In this document: piece after piece, positions 18,542-27,785 of the stretch
How the letters are laid out: each line of letters begins with the position of its first letter
Position numbering within the stretch: position 1 is the stretch's first letter
Origin: Archaeoglobus fulgidus DSM 4304
Lineage (GTDB): Archaea > Halobacteriota > Archaeoglobi > Archaeoglobales > Archaeoglobaceae
Direction: 5' to 3'
Length of the DNA stretch: 32,000 nt
NCBI RefSeq assembly: GCF_000008665.1
Contig: NC_000917.1
Location: forward strand, 1,500,001-1,532,000
Program-made: the position numbers and the translations under genes
Notes under the pieces: generated by a model
Databases searched by the model: none
Seen by the model: only the letters and a program-made list of their open reading frames with translations
Told to the model about the DNA's origin: nothing

Positions 18542-19800
18542 CCTATTATGGTGTAATTGCTAAGATCAACTGCCTCCATTTTTTCCTGATGCTCTTTCAG
18601 GAAGCTTTTCACAAGCTCGGCAGCCATCTTCTTGCACTTCCCGCAGAGCAACCTCCCCTCCCTGCATTCTGCCTCAATCTGGTTTAGCTCCTCATCGCTA
18701 TCAATGAGGTGGAAGCTGTAAAGCTCGAAGACCACACATCTATCCGGCTCACCGCCAAGCCTTCTCTGCTCCTCGGCTGTCGCCCTTCCACCCGTGAAGG
18801 CCTTCATGACCTTCTTCGCTCCCTCTTCAGGAGGGTCGAGGAGGGAGATGTAGCTTTCAGGCTTGCTGGAGCTCATCTTCCCACCAGTAAGCCCTGTCGT
18901 AAAGCGGTGGTAGGTTGAGGATGGGGGAATGAAGGCAAAACCTCCAATTTCAACCTCTATCTTTCTCACAGCCCTCTCAATCTCCTCAGCTTCGCCAAAG
19001 ATGTCCATGTGCTCCTCGTAAATTTTCTTGTCGAACTCTAAATCCCGCAAACTGCTGAGATACTCCGCCCCCTTCCTGCTCCTAACTCTCACTCCTCCTT
19101 CAACTGGCTCGAAGCTGAAGATGCTGATTCTCGCCGCCAAGTCCCTCGTCAGTCGCATGTGGGGGTCCTGATCAGCCCCAACAGGCACCACCACTGGCTT
19201 TGGCCCTCCAAAATCGGAAAGCTGTGGATGGAGGATGTCAGCAGCCTGAATGGCTGTGACAAACATCTTAGCAAGGCTTGTGTCGGAGTTGAAGCCGTAA
19301 ATTGCCCTCAGCTCGCTGAAGTTCACCTCTGCCGAAAGCTCGAAGGCCAAGTCCTTTACGTGAGAGCTTTTGGACTGGAAGTAGATTACAGCATCCTCCC
19401 TAAGGCCGAGGGCGATGATGGATTTGATGTAAAGCATTCCGAGCTCCCTCGTCTTCTCCCAGCTCAAACCCCTTACCGAGTGAGCCTCCATGTCGGCAAT
19501 TGCTACAAAAGCTTTACCTCCCGCGCTCTGATGCCATACTATTTCATCCATCGTCATCTTGTGGCCGAAGTGAGGCAGACCAGAGGGCATGAAGCCTGAC
19601 ATAACCGCCCATGGCTCCTTTTTCTGCATCGCCTCGATAATTCTCCAATAATCCCTGTGGCCGAAAATCGCCCCTCTCCGCATCAGGATGTGGGGGTTGT
19701 CGATTTCAGGCAGCACCTCGCTGAAGGGCTGCATCCCGAACTCCTCTATGAGCTTGCTGTAGTCTATGACTCCCTCGACCTCCCATGGAGTAACGTTCAT
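18538..19800 (-). CDS. trpS: Tryptophanyl-tRNA synthetase
   Basis: [56 protein letters not shown] (class I HIGH/KMSKS-like signatures). Confidence 0.93.
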
Positions 19801-19850
19801 GTGGTTCAGTAAGCAGCAGGTTAATATTCTTTGTGCAGACTTATTCCTGA

Positions 19851-20735
19851 ATGAGAGTTCAAAGGGTTCAGATAATGGGTGCAGGAGCTCTCGGTTCCCT
19901 TGTTGGGGCGCTGATTCAGCTTGCTGGCTATGATGTCATCTTTGTGGCGAGGGGGAAGCAGCTTGAGGCTTTGAAAAAGGGCCTGAGGGTTTCAGGGCTG
20001 AAGAATGCGGAGCTTAAGGTTTACTGCACCTCTCAGCCAGAGGATGCGGACATAACCTTCGTCACTGTGAAGGCCTACGATACCGAAACAGTGGCGAAGA
20101 AGCTGGCTGAGGTTGATGCTGGGGTGGTTTGCAGCCTTCAGAATGGTGTGGGGAATGAAGAGATTCTTGCAAAATACTGCAGGAAGGTTCTGGGGGGTGT
20201 TACGACCTACGGGGCGAACCTGAAGGACTACGGGCATGTTGTCTATGCGGGAGAGGGCTACACCTACGTTGGGGAGATGGATGGCAGAGTAAGCGGGGAG
20301 GCTGAGATGGTCGCTGAGGTTCTAAGAGATGCGGGGATGAGGGCTGAAGCTGTTAATGACATCGAGTTCAGGATTTGGGCCAAAGCTGTTGTCAATGCGG
20401 CGATAAACCCCATCACGGCAATATGCAGAGTCAAGAACGGTGAGGTGGTGAGAAACCCCCATCTGTGGGAGGTGGCAAGGGCTGTTGCCGATGAGGGAAG
20501 GCAGGTTATGGCGAGAATGGGCTACGAGTTCGATGCTGCTTCAGAGGTGAGGAAGGTTGCGGAGATGACCGCAGAAAACAGGTCATCTATGCTGCAGGAT
20601 TTGGAGAGAGGAAAGAGGACGGAGGTTGAGTTCATCAACGGGGCGATAGTGAAGAAGGGAGAAGAGTTCGGGATTGATTGTGCGGTTAACAGAACGCTGC
20701 TGAATCTTGTGAGGGGTGTGGAGAGTGGACTTTAA
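19851..20735 (+). CDS. panE: 2-dehydropantoate 2-reductase (ketopantoate reductase)
   Basis: IMGAGALGSLVGALIQLAGYDVIFVARGKQ, KAYDTETVAKKLAEV, SLQNGVGNEEIL, SSMLQDLERGKRTEVEFINGAI. Confidence 0.9.
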   Translation: MRVQRVQIMGAGALGSLVGALIQLAGYDVIFVARGKQLEALKKGLRVSGLKNAELKVYCTSQPEDADITFVTVKAYDTETVAKKLAEVDAGVVCSLQNGVGNEEILAKYCRKVLGGVTTYGANLKDYGHVVYAGEGYTYVGEMDGRVSGEAEMVAEVLRDAGMRAEAVNDIEFRIWAKAVVNAAINPITAICRVKNGEVVRNPHLWEVARAVADEGRQVMARMGYEFDAASEVRKVAEMTAENRSSMLQDLERGKRTEVEFINGAIVKKGEEFGIDCAVNRTLLNLVRGVESGL

Positions 20736-21177
20736 CCTGCTGAGCGTTCTTCTTGTGTCAGCGATGCCCTTTTCCGAGCTAAGGGGGGCTATACCGCTCG
20801 CCCTCTACTTCGGCTTCAGCCCTGCTGAGGCATACCTGCTTTCAGTCTTGGGAAACATTCTGCCGGTCCCCTTTCTTCTCCTCTTCCTCGACTACCTCGT
20901 GAGAATTGCGACAAAAGTAGAGTTGCTGGCCAGAATTTACCGAAGGGTTGTGGAAAGGGTGGAGAGGAGAAAGGGAGTTGTGGAGAGATACGGCTACCTC
21001 GGCCTGACGATTTTCGTCGCCATCCCTTTGCCGGTGACGGGAGCATGGACGGGTACCTTGCTTGCTTTTCTGTTACAGCTCAACCGTCTCAAGGCTTTTC
21101 TCTTCATCTCCGCAGGCGTTTGCATTGCTGGCGTTGTGGTTCTTCTCGCCTCGATTGGAATAATCAGGCTTTTATAA
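20716..21177 (+). CDS. Small multidrug export-like membrane protein (COG2426 type)
   Basis: MPFSELRGAIPLALYFGFSPAEAYLLSVLGNILPVPFLLLFLDYL...YLGLTIFVAIPLPVTGAWTGTLLAFLLQL. Confidence 0.78.
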   Translation: MWRVDFNLLSVLLVSAMPFSELRGAIPLALYFGFSPAEAYLLSVLGNILPVPFLLLFLDYLVRIATKVELLARIYRRVVERVERRKGVVERYGYLGLTIFVAIPLPVTGAWTGTLLAFLLQLNRLKAFLFISAGVCIAGVVVLLASIGIIRLL

Positions 21178-21226
21178 TTTATTACGAAACCAAAAGTTTA
21201 TTGGGAAAACTGCAGAACCTTAAAGC

Positions 21227-21700
21227 GTGATTGAGCTGTTCACCTCAACAAGAGTTCAGATTCTCTCAAAGCTGATTGAGAGGCCATACACAGCATCCGA
21301 GATAGCCAAGCTTACCGGCTACTCCAAAACAACAGTCAGCTACCATCTCAGCAAGCTGAATGAGGCTGGATTGGTGGAGAGGCTTGAGAGGGGAAAGTGG
21401 GTTTACTACAGGATTACTCCCAAAGGAGAGAGGAGGGTGAAGGTCGAGGCAGCAATTTCACTCGTTTCTCTTGCTGGAGCTGTGATTTCTGCCGTTGCCT
21501 TTGCAATGCTGAGATTGCAGGGGAAAGCGGTGGAAAAGTTTGCTGTTGCGGGGGAAAAGGAGGTGGTCCCGACCAGCATTCCGAAACGCGCTCCTGTGAC
21601 AATTCAGGAAGTTGGGGGCGGTATGGACTGGCAGCTTTTGCTCCTTGCAGCAGCCTTCGCCTTCCTGCTTATCTTCATCTTCATGAGATTCAGAAAATAG
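21227..21700 (+). CDS. ArsR-like winged-helix regulator with C-terminal transmembrane segments (GTG start)
   Basis: LFTSTRVQILSKLIERPYTASEIAKLTGYSKTTVSYHLSKLNEAGLVERLERGKWVYYRITPKG then hydrophobic VSLAGAVISAVAFAML and LLLLAAAFAFLLIFIFMRF. Confidence 0.8.
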   Translation: MIELFTSTRVQILSKLIERPYTASEIAKLTGYSKTTVSYHLSKLNEAGLVERLERGKWVYYRITPKGERRVKVEAAISLVSLAGAVISAVAFAMLRLQGKAVEKFAVAGEKEVVPTSIPKRAPVTIQEVGGGMDWQLLLLAAAFAFLLIFIFMRFRK

Positions 21701-21726
21701 TTATAATATTTTATGCCACTAAGATT

Positions 21727-22260
21727 ATGGGAAGACACCTGACTGTCTTCATCATCGCCCTCGCAGCAGTCTTTGCTGCATGCGCTGAAGAGAAGGAAAT
21801 GGCCAAAAGCCTGACTGTAAAATCTGCTTTTGAAAATGGAGGGAAGATTCCAGCCAAGTACACCTGCGACGGTGAAGACATCTCGCCTCCTCTTTACATC
21901 GAAGGTTTGAGGGAGGACGTGAAAAGTCTCGTGATAATATGCGAAGACCCCGATGCACCTATGGGCGTTTTCACGCACTGGATTGCATGGAACGTTGAGC
22001 CAACTTCAGAGATTCCCGAAAACGTTCCAAAGACCAAGTTTGTTGATGAGCCAAAGATGGTTCAGGGCAGGAACGACTTTGGCAAGGTCGGTTACAATGG
22101 CCCATGTCCGCCCAGTGGGGAGCACAGGTATTACTTCAGGATTTACGCAATTGACACCCTTCTGCAGGGGGATTACAGCAGGCAGGAATTGCTGCGTGCC
22201 ATTGAAGGACATATTTTGCAGTACGGCGAAATTTACGGCCTTTACAGCAGAAGCAGATAA
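21727..22260 (+). CDS. PEBP/YbhB-YbcL family protein, predicted lipoprotein/secreted
   Basis: MGRHLTVFIIALAAVFAACAEEKEMAK signal-like N-terminus; LVIICEDPDAPMGVFTHWIAWNVEP and YNGPCPPSGEHRYYFRIYAID. The ORF-track start at 21397 overlaps the previous gene and is rejected. Confidence 0.88.
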   Translation: MGRHLTVFIIALAAVFAACAEEKEMAKSLTVKSAFENGGKIPAKYTCDGEDISPPLYIEGLREDVKSLVIICEDPDAPMGVFTHWIAWNVEPTSEIPENVPKTKFVDEPKMVQGRNDFGKVGYNGPCPPSGEHRYYFRIYAIDTLLQGDYSRQELLRAIEGHILQYGEIYGLYSRSR

Positions 22261-22278
22261 GTTGAATCAGAATTCAAC
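22261..22278. repeat. Short inverted repeat immediately after the PEBP stop codon
   Basis: GTTGAAT-CAGA-ATTCAAC, followed ~10 nt later by a T-rich tract; could be part of a terminator. Confidence 0.4.
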
Positions 22279-22374
22279 CAGAATCGGCATTTAAAATATT
22301 TTTTTAGCTTTCAAAACCTTTTCCGTTAATTTTTTATTCTTTTAAGCATCCTCAGTTAAGAGGTGGTCAAAATT

Positions 22375-22938
22375 CTGATTGAGGTTAGATTTCACGGTAG
22401 AGGTGGACAGGGAGCGGTCACAGCGGCTGATCTGCTCGCCGTTGCAGGATTTAAGGAGGGATACTACACGCTCTCCTTTCCAATGTTCGGAGCGGAGAAG
22501 AGAGGAACTCCCGTGGTCTCATTCCTCAGAATTTCCGATGAACCAATAGTTGCGAGGGACGAGGTTTACAACCCCGATTATGTCGTGGTGCTTGATCCAA
22601 CGGTGATGGAGACGGTCAACGTAGTTGCCGGGCTGAAGAAGGGAGGGATGCTGATAGCCAACTACCCTAAGAGTTCGGAGGACCTCAAGAAAGAGGTAAA
22701 GGCTGACGAGCTTGGAATAAAGGTTGCGACAATAAACGCCACAAAGATGGCCATGGAAGTGCTGGGAAGGCCTATAACCAACACGACGATGGTTGGAGCT
22801 TTTGGAGGTGCAACGAGGCTCATTGCCCTTGAAACGCTGCTTGAGGTAGTCAGAGAGTGGTTCAAGGGTGAGCTGGCAGAGAAAAACGCCAAGCTGGTTG
22901 AGGAGGCTTATCGCTACATGATGGAGGTGTGCAGATGA
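22375..22938 (+). CDS. porC: Pyruvate/2-oxoacid:ferredoxin oxidoreductase gamma subunit
   Basis: IEVRFHGRGGQGAVTAADLLAVAGF...SFPMFGAEKRGTPVVSFLRI; start placed at CTG 22375 based on SD GAGGTGG at 22360-22366 (ORF track uses GTG 22363). Confidence 0.9.
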   Translation: MIEVRFHGRGGQGAVTAADLLAVAGFKEGYYTLSFPMFGAEKRGTPVVSFLRISDEPIVARDEVYNPDYVVVLDPTVMETVNVVAGLKKGGMLIANYPKSSEDLKKEVKADELGIKVATINATKMAMEVLGRPITNTTMVGAFGGATRLIALETLLEVVREWFKGELAEKNAKLVEEAYRYMMEVCR

Positions 22939-23228
22939 AGATTAAAATCAATTTAGGAGCGATTTCGGAACCAATGCAGTCTGAAAACCTCAAAACGGGC
23001 GACTGGGGGACGCACTATCCTGTGGTTGACAAGGAAAAGTGCACAGCCTGCAAAACATGCGAGCAGTACTGCCCTGATCTGTGCATTGAGGTCAAGGAGT
23101 TTGGGGATGAGAAGTATGCAGTTGTGAACTACAACTACTGCAAGGGATGCGGCATCTGTGCCTCAGTCTGCCCCTTTGAGGCCATTAAGATGGAGCTGAA
23201 GGACATCTTCAAGTTTGATGCTTGCTGA
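22929..23228 (+). CDS. porD: Pyruvate/2-oxoacid:ferredoxin oxidoreductase delta (ferredoxin) subunit
   Basis: Two 4Fe-4S motifs CTACKTCEQYCPD and CKGCGICASVCPFEAI. Confidence 0.92.
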   Translation: MQMKIKINLGAISEPMQSENLKTGDWGTHYPVVDKEKCTACKTCEQYCPDLCIEVKEFGDEKYAVVNYNYCKGCGICASVCPFEAIKMELKDIFKFDAC

Positions 23229-23237
23229 GGTGGTAAA

Positions 23238-24413
23238 ATGAGGAAAGTGGTTAGAGGTTTTTACTCTGTCGCGTACTCGGTCAAGCTCTGCAAACCAAAC
23301 GTCATTTGCGCTTATCCCATCACTCCCCAGACGGAGATAGTTGAGAACCTCGCAGCCATGTATGCGAACGGCGAGCTGGGAGATGCTGAGTACATAACAG
23401 CAGAATCAGAATTTGGAGCGGCAAGCATGCTTGTCGGAGCTTCTGCTGCGGGAGCGAGAGTTTTCACAGCAACTTGCAGTCAGGGTTTAATTTTGATGAG
23501 CGAAGTTCTTTTCAACGCCGCTGGAATGAGACTGCCCATCGTTCTTGTTAACACCAACAGAGCTCTCTCAGCTCCGCTAAGCATCTGGAACGACCATCAG
23601 GACAGCATGGCGATGAGGGATGCAGGAATCATGCAGGTTTACGTTGAGAACAATCAGGAGGCCCACGACATGATTCCTCAGGCATACAAGGTCGCTGAAA
23701 ACAGGAAGGTTCTGCTTCCCTTCATGATATGCATGGATGGTTACAAGCTCACACACGCCTACGAGCCCGTTGACCTTCTTGAGCAGGAAACGGTTGACAG
23801 CTTTCTCCCACCATACGAGCCCGCTGCCTACATGACCACCAAGAAGCCCTTGGCCTTCGGCTGCTACGCCCCGCCGCACGTCTACATGGAGTTCAGGGTT
23901 GCGATGCAGCAGGCGATGGAGAGGGCCAGAAAGATAATGCTTGACGTCTTCAAAGAATGGGGAGAGCTTACCGGCAGAGACTGGGGAGGGCACATCACAG
24001 TTGACTTCCCCGACTCCAAAATCTTCGTGGTGGCGATGGGCTCCGTTGTTGGATTGCTGAGAAAGGTCGTCGAGGAGCTCAGAGGTGAGGGGCTGAGCGT
24101 TGGGCTTATCAAGATAAGAACCTTCCGCCCCTTCCCGGTTGAGGAGCTGAGAGAGGCTTTGAAGGATGCTGAGAAGGTAATTGTTCTCGACCGCTCCGTC
24201 AGCTTTGGATATGAGGGGCCGGTATCCATCGAGCTAAAATCCGCCATCTACGGGCACTCATCTGCAGAAATCTACTCCTTTGCGGTTGGGCTGGGTGGTA
24301 GAGATATGCCAAAGGACTTCCTTGAGAAAATCATCAGGGATGTTGCTGAGGGCAGGGAAAAGCCGGGATTTGCGTTTAAAGGTTATCAAGAGTTCGAGGA
24401 GGTGATACCGTGA
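23238..24413 (+). CDS. porA: Pyruvate:ferredoxin oxidoreductase alpha subunit
   Basis: ICAYPITPQTEIVENLA, AESEFGAASMLVGASAAGARVFTATCSQGLILMSEVL. Confidence 0.92.
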   Translation: MRKVVRGFYSVAYSVKLCKPNVICAYPITPQTEIVENLAAMYANGELGDAEYITAESEFGAASMLVGASAAGARVFTATCSQGLILMSEVLFNAAGMRLPIVLVNTNRALSAPLSIWNDHQDSMAMRDAGIMQVYVENNQEAHDMIPQAYKVAENRKVLLPFMICMDGYKLTHAYEPVDLLEQETVDSFLPPYEPAAYMTTKKPLAFGCYAPPHVYMEFRVAMQQAMERARKIMLDVFKEWGELTGRDWGGHITVDFPDSKIFVVAMGSVVGLLRKVVEELRGEGLSVGLIKIRTFRPFPVEELREALKDAEKVIVLDRSVSFGYEGPVSIELKSAIYGHSSAEIYSFAVGLGGRDMPKDFLEKIIRDVAEGREKPGFAFKGYQEFEEVIP

Positions 24414-25294
24414 AGTACTTCGGCAGCGGACATGGCGCTTGCCCCGGATGCGGTTTGCCGATTGCAGTCAAGACCGTTCTCAACTTGCTTGACGGCAAGG
24501 TCTTCGCAGTAAACTCCACAGGCTGCCTCGAAATCATAAGCTCCCAGTACGGCAAGAATGCATGGAACGTCCCCTACATCCATTCTCTCTTTGAGAATGC
24601 TGCCGCTGTTGCTGCAGGAGTTGAGGCTGCCCTAAGAGCCTTGAAAAGGAAGGATGAGGGGCATGTGGTCGTTTTTGCTGGCGATGGGGCAACAGCGGAC
24701 ATCGGCATTGGAACGCTGAGCGGAGCCTTCGACAGGAACCACGACATCCTCTACATCTGCCTTGACAATGAGGCTTACCAGAACACGGGGCACCAGCAGA
24801 GCGGCTTAACACCACCCGGAGAGTCCACCACCACAACACCCGCAGGAAAGGTTCTGCCGGGCAAGGTGGGGAGGAAGAAGGACATGATTTCTATTGCGGT
24901 AGCTCACGGCATCCCCTACGTTGCCTCATCCTCAGTCGGCTACGTTTCGGACATCCGCAGGAAGGTCAAGAAGGCTGTTAAGTTTGAGGGGGCCAAGTAC
25001 ATCCAGATTCACTCTCCCTGCGTCACGGGATGGGGAATTGACGGCAGCATCGCAATAAAGGTAGCGAGGCTTGCGGTTGAGACTGGCCTGTATCCCCTCG
25101 TCGAGTTCGAGTACGGGAAGCTGACTTCGGTGAGGAAAATTAAGGACAGGAAGCCTGTTGAGGAGTACCTGAAGCTGCAAAGGAGGTTCAGGCACCTCTT
25201 CACCCACGAAAAGGGCAGGGAGATGATTGAGACACTGCAGAGATTTGCGGACGAGAATGCGGAGAGGTACGGGCTTGATTTGAAGAGGGAATGA
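24410..25294 (+). CDS. porB: Pyruvate:ferredoxin oxidoreductase beta subunit (TPP-binding)
   Basis: GHGACPGCGLPIAVKTVLNLL, FAGDGATADIGIGTLSGAFDRNHDILYICLDNEAYQNTGHQQSG. Confidence 0.94.
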   Translation: MKYFGSGHGACPGCGLPIAVKTVLNLLDGKVFAVNSTGCLEIISSQYGKNAWNVPYIHSLFENAAAVAAGVEAALRALKRKDEGHVVVFAGDGATADIGIGTLSGAFDRNHDILYICLDNEAYQNTGHQQSGLTPPGESTTTTPAGKVLPGKVGRKKDMISIAVAHGIPYVASSSVGYVSDIRRKVKKAVKFEGAKYIQIHSPCVTGWGIDGSIAIKVARLAVETGLYPLVEFEYGKLTSVRKIKDRKPVEEYLKLQRRFRHLFTHEKGREMIETLQRFADENAERYGLDLKRE

Positions 25295-25917
25295 TTTTTT
25301 CCTTTATTTTTAAGGTTGCCGTAATAAGCAGCTCCGGCGCTTTAGCTCCGGGCCCTTTAACAGCAGCTACTGCCGCAATAGGCGTAAAGCGTGGCTGGAA
25401 GGGCGGTTTTTGGGTGAGTGTTGGTCATGCTGCTGTTGAGCTGCCCCTCGTCATTTTGATCGCAACAGGTGTGGCGGTGGTTCTTACTCATTCCTCAGCT
25501 TTATCGCTCCTCAGCGTTGCAGGCGGGGTGATGCTGCTCTCCTTTGCTTTTCTGACAGCCAAAAGCGCTTTTTCAAAAACTGAAGAGAAAGCCGAGAGCT
25601 CTGCCAACCCCTTCTCCACGGGAGTTGCCCTCTCAGCCCTGAATCCCTTCTTCATCGCCTGGTGGGCTGGTGTAGGAGCGGTGCTGATTACTGAAGCCAT
25701 CTCGCTCTGGGGATATGCGGGAATAGCTGTTCTCTACCTCAGCCACGTCTGGCTGGACTTTGCGTGGCTTATCTTGTTAGCTCACCTCACTTCAATGGCC
25801 ATTTTCAGCGCTAAAGCATACAGAGCGTTGCTTGTCGCACTCGCAGCTCTCGTTTTCCTCTTCGGAGTTGACTTCCTCCACTACGGTCTGTTCAGCAAGC
25901 ATCTTCTACCAATCTAA
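25291..25917 (+). CDS. LysE/RhtB-type translocator
   Basis: ISSSGALAPGPLTAATAAIGVKRGWKGGFWVSVGHAAVELPLVILIA...NPFFIAWWAGVG. Confidence 0.8.
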   Translation: MIFSFIFKVAVISSSGALAPGPLTAATAAIGVKRGWKGGFWVSVGHAAVELPLVILIATGVAVVLTHSSALSLLSVAGGVMLLSFAFLTAKSAFSKTEEKAESSANPFSTGVALSALNPFFIAWWAGVGAVLITEAISLWGYAGIAVLYLSHVWLDFAWLILLAHLTSMAIFSAKAYRALLVALAALVFLFGVDFLHYGLFSKHLLPI

Positions 25918-26729
25918 AGCCTGAGAATGTCCAGCTTCGGCATCTTAATTAGCCCTTTCGCCTCGGCCATTTCGTAGAGCTTTTTCAAAGCTGCATCAAC
26001 ACTTTCGGGCATGTTGTAGGTGTAGTCGTTGACGTACATCATTGCAAACCTCTTCGCCCTCTCCCTGTCCAGCCCCCTTGAGTACTTCATCGCATACTCA
26101 ATCGCCTCATCGGGATTTTCAATGGCAAAAGCTATGCTCTCCCTCATTGCCCTCAGAAACTCCTCCTGCACCTCTACGCTCAAATCTCTCCTTATGGCAT
26201 TGAGGCCGAGGGGGAGGGGGAGCTTTACCTGCTCGCTCCACCAATCCCAGAGGTCGAGAACGCATTTTAAGCCGTAATCTGCGTAGGTAATCTGTCCCTC
26301 GTGAATCAGCAGCCCAGCATCAACCTCTTCATCCAGCACAGCCTGAATTATCCTGTCAAAAGGCATCTCCACAGGCTCAAAATCTTCAACAGCAAGCTTC
26401 AGCAAGAGGTTTGCAGTGGTATATCTTCCGGGAACGGCTATTCTCTTTCCATCAAGGCTAATCTCGCTCTTGGCAACCACAACAGGCCCATAACCATCTC
26501 CAACACTCGCACCAGCTGAGAGAATTCGGTATTTATCATCAAGCAGGGCGTAAGCATGGGCAGAGATGGCGGTGACCTCGTATTCTGCATTAAAGGCCTT
26601 CCTGTTGAGGGTCTCTATATCCTCAATGACGTGCTCAATCTCCAGCCAAGTGTCAACCTTGCCATGAGTCATGGCGTAGAACATGAAGGCATCGTCAGCA
26701 TCAGGTGTGTGGGCAACTCTGATTTTCAT
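25914..26729 (-). CDS. MqnD/MqnA-like (menaquinone, futalosine pathway) family protein
   Basis: MKIRVAHTPDADDAFMFYAMTHGKVDT...AISAHAYALLDDKYRILSAGASVGDGYGPVVVAK...AGLLIHEGQITYADYGLKCVLDLWDWW. Confidence 0.78.
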   Translation of the reverse strand: MKIRVAHTPDADDAFMFYAMTHGKVDTWLEIEHVIEDIETLNRKAFNAEYEVTAISAHAYALLDDKYRILSAGASVGDGYGPVVVAKSEISLDGKRIAVPGRYTTANLLLKLAVEDFEPVEMPFDRIIQAVLDEEVDAGLLIHEGQITYADYGLKCVLDLWDWWSEQVKLPLPLGLNAIRRDLSVEVQEEFLRAMRESIAFAIENPDEAIEYAMKYSRGLDRERAKRFAMMYVNDYTYNMPESVDAALKKLYEMAEAKGLIKMPKLDILRL

Positions 26730-26822
26730 GGGCTTTTTTGAGTGTGTTAGCTTTTAAAAGATTTGTTTTTACAGAGCTTTAGTGAAAGCGTAAAAGTCGC
26801 TTTAAATTCTCGAACACGAAAC

Positions 26823-27785
26823 TGTAGTATCCCTAAATTATTTCACTACTAAACACCCACTTCATGTGAGAAAACTAACGAACAAAAAGATCAGGTGGAT
26901 AATCAGACAGCTTGACAAGGGAGCTCCAGTAAAGGAAATAGCCGCTGTGATGAGAGTTACACCAAGAAGAATCTACCAGCTTAAAAAACAATATGAGGAA
27001 ACTGGCCAGATTCCAGAACTGAAACAACCGGGAAGAAAGCCCAAGGAAATAGACGAGGAAACAGAGCAAATCATCCTGCAAGCTTACAACAAATACAGAC
27101 TCAGCCCAGTACCTCTTGAAAAGCTGATAGAAAGGGATTACGGCATCCACATCTCCCATAATACAATCTACAAAGTTTTACTCAAACACGGTTTGGTGGA
27201 GGAGAACATGAGCAAGAAGAAACGAAGGAAATGGGTTAGGTACGAAAGAACCCACTCAATGTCTTTATGGCAGGGAGACTGGAAGAGGCTTGGAGAGAAA
27301 TGGATTATAGCCTTCATGGATGATGCTTCCCGCTTTATTACTTGTTACGGAGTCTTCGATTCAGCTACGACTGAGAACACGATTAGAGTCCTGAAAGTGG
27401 GATTCAGGGAGTATGGCATTCCGGATGAGATCCTCACAGATCACGGAACTCAGTTTGTTGCAGCTAAAAGCAGAGAGAAGGCCAAGCATAGATTCAGGGA
27501 GTTTTTGGCCGAGAATGGAGTAAGGCATGTTCTTGCCAGAATAAACCATCCACAAACGAATGGAAAGATAGAGAGGTTCTTTGGTTTGATGGAGCAGAAG
27601 ATCCATCTGTTTGATTCTTTGGATGAGTTCATTTATTGGTACAATTACGTTAAGCCTCACATGAGCCTGAATTTCGACGAATTGGAGACTCCCTATCAGG
27701 CCTTTTTGAGGAAGCTACCTGCTGAAAGGGTGTTTGAGTACGGGAGGTGGTTGTTTGAGGAGTGAAATTAATTCGGGATATCACA
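26823..27785 (+). mobile_element. Complete 963-bp insertion sequence (ISA0963-like, DDE/rve transposase)
   Basis: 24-bp imperfect terminal inverted repeats TGTAGTATCCCTAAATTATTTCAC (26823-26846) and GTGAAATTAATTCGGGATATCACA (27762-27785), 19/24 matching when aligned; outer span exactly 963 bp, enclosing one transposase. Confidence 0.9.
26866..27765 (+). CDS. Transposase, HTH plus DDE integrase core (IS481-like)
   Basis: AAVMRVTPRRIYQLKKQYEETGQIPEL (HTH), WIIAFMDDASRFITCYGVFDSAT, DEILTDHGTQF, HPQTNGKIERFFGLMEQ; the stop codon lies inside the right TIR. Confidence 0.92.
   Translation: MRKLTNKKIRWIIRQLDKGAPVKEIAAVMRVTPRRIYQLKKQYEETGQIPELKQPGRKPKEIDEETEQIILQAYNKYRLSPVPLEKLIERDYGIHISHNTIYKVLLKHGLVEENMSKKKRRKWVRYERTHSMSLWQGDWKRLGEKWIIAFMDDASRFITCYGVFDSATTENTIRVLKVGFREYGIPDEILTDHGTQFVAAKSREKAKHRFREFLAENGVRHVLARINHPQTNGKIERFFGLMEQKIHLFDSLDEFIYWYNYVKPHMSLNFDELETPYQAFLRKLPAERVFEYGRWLFEE

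Noticed and set aside
21397-21726. N-terminal extension of the PEBP ORF overlapping the HTH gene
   Set aside because: The signal-like MGRHLTVFIIALAAVFAAC start at 21727 with a nearby TATA-like element is far more plausible; the extension is an out-of-frame reading of the HTH gene.
24534-24839. Arg/Ser-rich antisense ORF opposite porB
   Set aside because: Composition typical of an antisense reading of a coding gene; porB is unambiguous.
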